Shown here piece after piece: positions 61,739-64,000 of a stretch of DNA of 64,000 bases (within the stretch, counting starts at the first letter, position 1; every line of letters begins with the position of its first letter). The stretch lies in contig DLSM01000010.1 in the NCBI GenBank assembly GCA_002500135.1, positions 69,063 to 133,062 on the forward strand, written 5' to 3'. A program made the translations under genes and the position numbers. The notes beneath the pieces are model-generated. The model was not told the DNA's origin, did not search any database, and worked only from the letters and a program-made list of their open reading frames with translations. Source of the DNA: Christensenella sp. UBA7862. Lineage in GTDB: Bacteria > Bacillota > Clostridia > Christensenellales > UBA1242.

Positions 61739-62584
61739 ATGAGAGTTTTGCAAGAGAAAAACAGAATTATTGTTGAAAGCGAAGACGATTTTGACATAAA
61801 GCAAATTTTGGAATGTGGGCAAGTTTTTAGTTTTTACAAAAGGCACAACAGATACATAGTCACAAGCATGGATAAGGTGGCACACATAACTTTTTGTGGA
61901 AATAAGACAATTATTGATACAAGTGACGTTGACTACTTTTACAACTATTTTGACTTAGGCACAGATTATGGCAAAATTAGGGCTAAAATTAAGGAATATT
62001 ATCCCAATTTTGACAGGTATTTTGCTGGCGGAAAAGACATCCGCATTTTGCATCAAGACCCATTTCAAACCATAATTAGTTTTATTGTTTCGGCAAATAA
62101 CAACATTGCAAGAATTAAGAAAATATTAAACAACATATCTTTTAAGTTTGGAGAAAAACTTGAAGATAAGATTTATTCTTTTCCAACATTACAAGCACTA
62201 AAAAGTGCTAGTAAAGAAGACTTCGCTGCTGCTGGGGCGGGCTATAGAAGTGAATATCTTGTTAAAACTATAGAAATGTTGCAAGAAGATAGATATAGCA
62301 TAAAAAATATGGAAAATTTGTCAACAAGTGACCTTAGAGAACGGCTTATGGAACTTAAAGGGGTTGGCGGAAAGGTGGCAGATTGCATACTATTTTTTGG
62401 CTTTGGGCGAAGTGACAGTTTTCCAGTGGATACTTGGATAAGAAAGGCTTATCTTCTTTTTTGCAGTAAACCTAGGACTGATAAGGAGATTTCAAAATAT
62501 TTTTTGCAGATATTTAGGGAAGTTTCGGGCTATGCGCAACAATATATCTTCAACTACATGATAAATTACAAACAAGCGGCATAA
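61739..62584 (+). CDS. ogg: 8-oxoguanine DNA glycosylase (OGG1-type, HhH-GPD)
   Basis: N-terminal OGG domain (FDIKQILECGQVF), LMELKGVGGKVADCILFFGFGRSDSFPVDTWIRK (HhH, catalytic Lys, Asp). Confidence 0.8.
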   Translation: MRVLQEKNRIIVESEDDFDIKQILECGQVFSFYKRHNRYIVTSMDKVAHITFCGNKTIIDTSDVDYFYNYFDLGTDYGKIRAKIKEYYPNFDRYFAGGKDIRILHQDPFQTIISFIVSANNNIARIKKILNNISFKFGEKLEDKIYSFPTLQALKSASKEDFAAAGAGYRSEYLVKTIEMLQEDRYSIKNMENLSTSDLRERLMELKGVGGKVADCILFFGFGRSDSFPVDTWIRKAYLLFCSKPRTDKEISKYFLQIFREVSGYAQQYIFNYMINYKQAA

Positions 62585-62760
62585 TAAAGTGCGAAGAATG
62601 TCGAAAAAAAGTGGAGAAAAATCAATCAATTTATTTTTTTATTGACCTTTTGTGTGATAAACTAAAGTGTCGAAAGTCAAAATAGGGAAATTTATCTTAA
62701 AGGACTATTGGCAAAAACTTATGAAAAAAATTTCTTGAAACACACAAAGGAGGTTTCAAC

Positions 62761-63264
62761 TTGAAAACAAATATTGTCCTTGTTGGACTTTATGACAAGA
62801 TGACGAAATCTGTTGCAAAACGGCTGGCTGACGATTTTGATATGTATCTTGCCGATTTGGTGGAAATTGTAAAATATAACTTAATGAATGAAGAAGAAAT
62901 TGAGAAAATTTGTGGCGTGCAATATCTAAACAAGCAAAAAGCAAAAATTGTGGGCGATGTTGCAAGTTATGAAAATTCTGTTATCCATTTGCCATATTCC
63001 ATTTTTTCTGAAGGGGAAAATTCGGACAAGTTCAAAAAAAATGGCACAACAATTTTTTTAAAACTATCTCTTTCCGCTTTCAAAAAACTTCTTGACAAGG
63101 ACAAAACAATGTCAAGTGACGAAAAGAAACTCGCATTGATTGTTTTTGAAGATAGGACAGTTTTGGGGAAGAAAATGTGCGACTTGACGGTAGAGGTGGA
63201 CTCGGCAGACTATTTGACGGCTTACAAAAGGACGAGAAAAGCTTTGGACAACTTTCTTTTGTAA
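62761..63264 (+). CDS. shikimate-kinase-like protein with degenerate P-loop
   Basis: TTG start after AAGGAGG. NIVLVGLYDKMTKSVAKRLADDF aligns to AroK NIVLIGFMGSGKSTVGKLLA but lacks the GxxGxGK consensus. Confidence 0.4.
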   Translation: MKTNIVLVGLYDKMTKSVAKRLADDFDMYLADLVEIVKYNLMNEEEIEKICGVQYLNKQKAKIVGDVASYENSVIHLPYSIFSEGENSDKFKKNGTTIFLKLSLSAFKKLLDKDKTMSSDEKKLALIVFEDRTVLGKKMCDLTVEVDSADYLTAYKRTRKALDNFLL

Positions 63265-63347
63265 AAATTTGATTTTTGCAAAAACTAATAGTAAAATTGT
63301 GTGTAGATATGCGAAAAATGTAGAAAAATGTAAAATGTGAGGGAAAA

Positions 63348-64000
63348 ATGAACGAAACATTGGTTAATTATTTAAGAGTTACATCTTGCCTTGAAATTGA
63401 AAAAGCGGGTTCTGGGCATCCAGGGGTTTGCCTTGACGGGGCACCCATTGCCTTTTCCATTTTTAAAGATGCCAAAAGAGATTGCAAAAATCCACAGTGG
63501 GGAAATAGGGATAGAATTGTCTTTTCCGCAGGACATGCAAGCGCACTTGTGTATGCGTGTCTAAATCTTTTTGGCTATGACATGACTGTTTTAGATATGC
63601 AAAGTTTTAGGCAACTTGGCTCAAAGTGCAAGGGTCATCCAGAGGTGGACATCCCAGGTGTTGATGCCACAACGGGGCCACTTGGACAAGGTGTCGGCAT
63701 GGCAGTTGGCATGGCTGTTGCAGAAGAATATTTGAGGGGCAAATTCGCCCATGGGAATTTAAGTCCTATTGACCACTACACCTATTGCTTTGTTGGTGAC
63801 GGCGACCTTATGGAAGGTGTGGCACAAGAGGCAATAAGTTTCGCTGGCACACAAAAATTGTCCAGACTTATCTTGTTGTATGACAAAAACGACATTACAA
63901 TCGAGGGTTCAACCAACTTTTCAAATAGGGAAAATGTAAAACAAAAGTTTATTTCTATGGGTTGGAATGTTTTTGAAGTGGAAAACGGCAACAGTGTGGA
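63348..64000 (+). CDS. tkt: transketolase, N-terminal part (runs off window)
   Basis: ATG at 63348. SGHPG, DRIVFSAGHAS, GHPE and TTGPLGQG motifs, plus GDGDLMEG (ThDP-binding motif). Confidence 0.9.
   Translation, partial: MNETLVNYLRVTSCLEIEKAGSGHPGVCLDGAPIAFSIFKDAKRDCKNPQWGNRDRIVFSAGHASALVYACLNLFGYDMTVLDMQSFRQLGSKCKGHPEVDIPGVDATTGPLGQGVGMAVGMAVAEEYLRGKFAHGNLSPIDHYTYCFVGDGDLMEGVAQEAISFAGTQKLSRLILLYDKNDITIEGSTNFSNRENVKQKFISMGWNVFEVENGNSV

Overview
This 64-kb chromosomal window comes from a low-GC Gram-positive genome (Bacillota, Clostridia-like). It looks like a spore-former: it carries a spoIVFA/spoIVFB-like pair, yqfC/yqfD, a SpoVB/MurJ-type flippase and a DUF421/DUF4363 pair. The species cannot be identified by eye. 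The backbone is housekeeping: uvrB-uvrA, an mreB-like gene with minD-minE, gap, fba, rplU-prp-rpmA, ybeY-era-recO, ppdK, nth, obg-yhbY, rsfS-tsaE-tsaB/rimI, murF-like, ddl, ogg and tkt. I recognised no rRNA, tRNA, CRISPR array, transposase or integrase.

Four accessory features sit in this backbone.

1. A three-member family of membrane-anchored surface proteins (30828-32129, 35990-37574, 38761-39643). All share an N-terminal signal-anchor plus a Listeria-Bacteroides (Flg_new) repeat module, and each has a different C-terminal domain. Two members are interrupted at the homologous codon position by long poly-G tracts (G12 and G11). Each is exactly one G away from an intact frame. This is the signature of slipped-strand phase variation (contingency loci), with homopolymer sequencing error as the alternative. 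A third tract (C9 on +, G9 on -) forms the ribosome-binding site of the neighbouring divergent membrane-protein gene.

2. An AT-rich two-gene operon between recO and ppdK. It encodes a 481-aa protein with a C-terminal phosphoribosyltransferase-like domain, translationally coupled to a NADAR (YbiA-type N-glycosidase) protein. This is a candidate writer/eraser or toxin/antitoxin-like conflict module.

3. A 2.6-kb AT-rich three-gene cassette (membrane protein, cytoplasmic protein, membrane-anchored trypsin-like protease). It is inserted between murF and ddl and bracketed by perfect 30-bp direct repeats, each of which is an intrinsic terminator.

4. Two giant repeat-rich surface proteins (about 1400 and 1072 aa) anchored by C-terminal TM helices.

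Functions are inferred from motifs read in the translations. No database search was possible.
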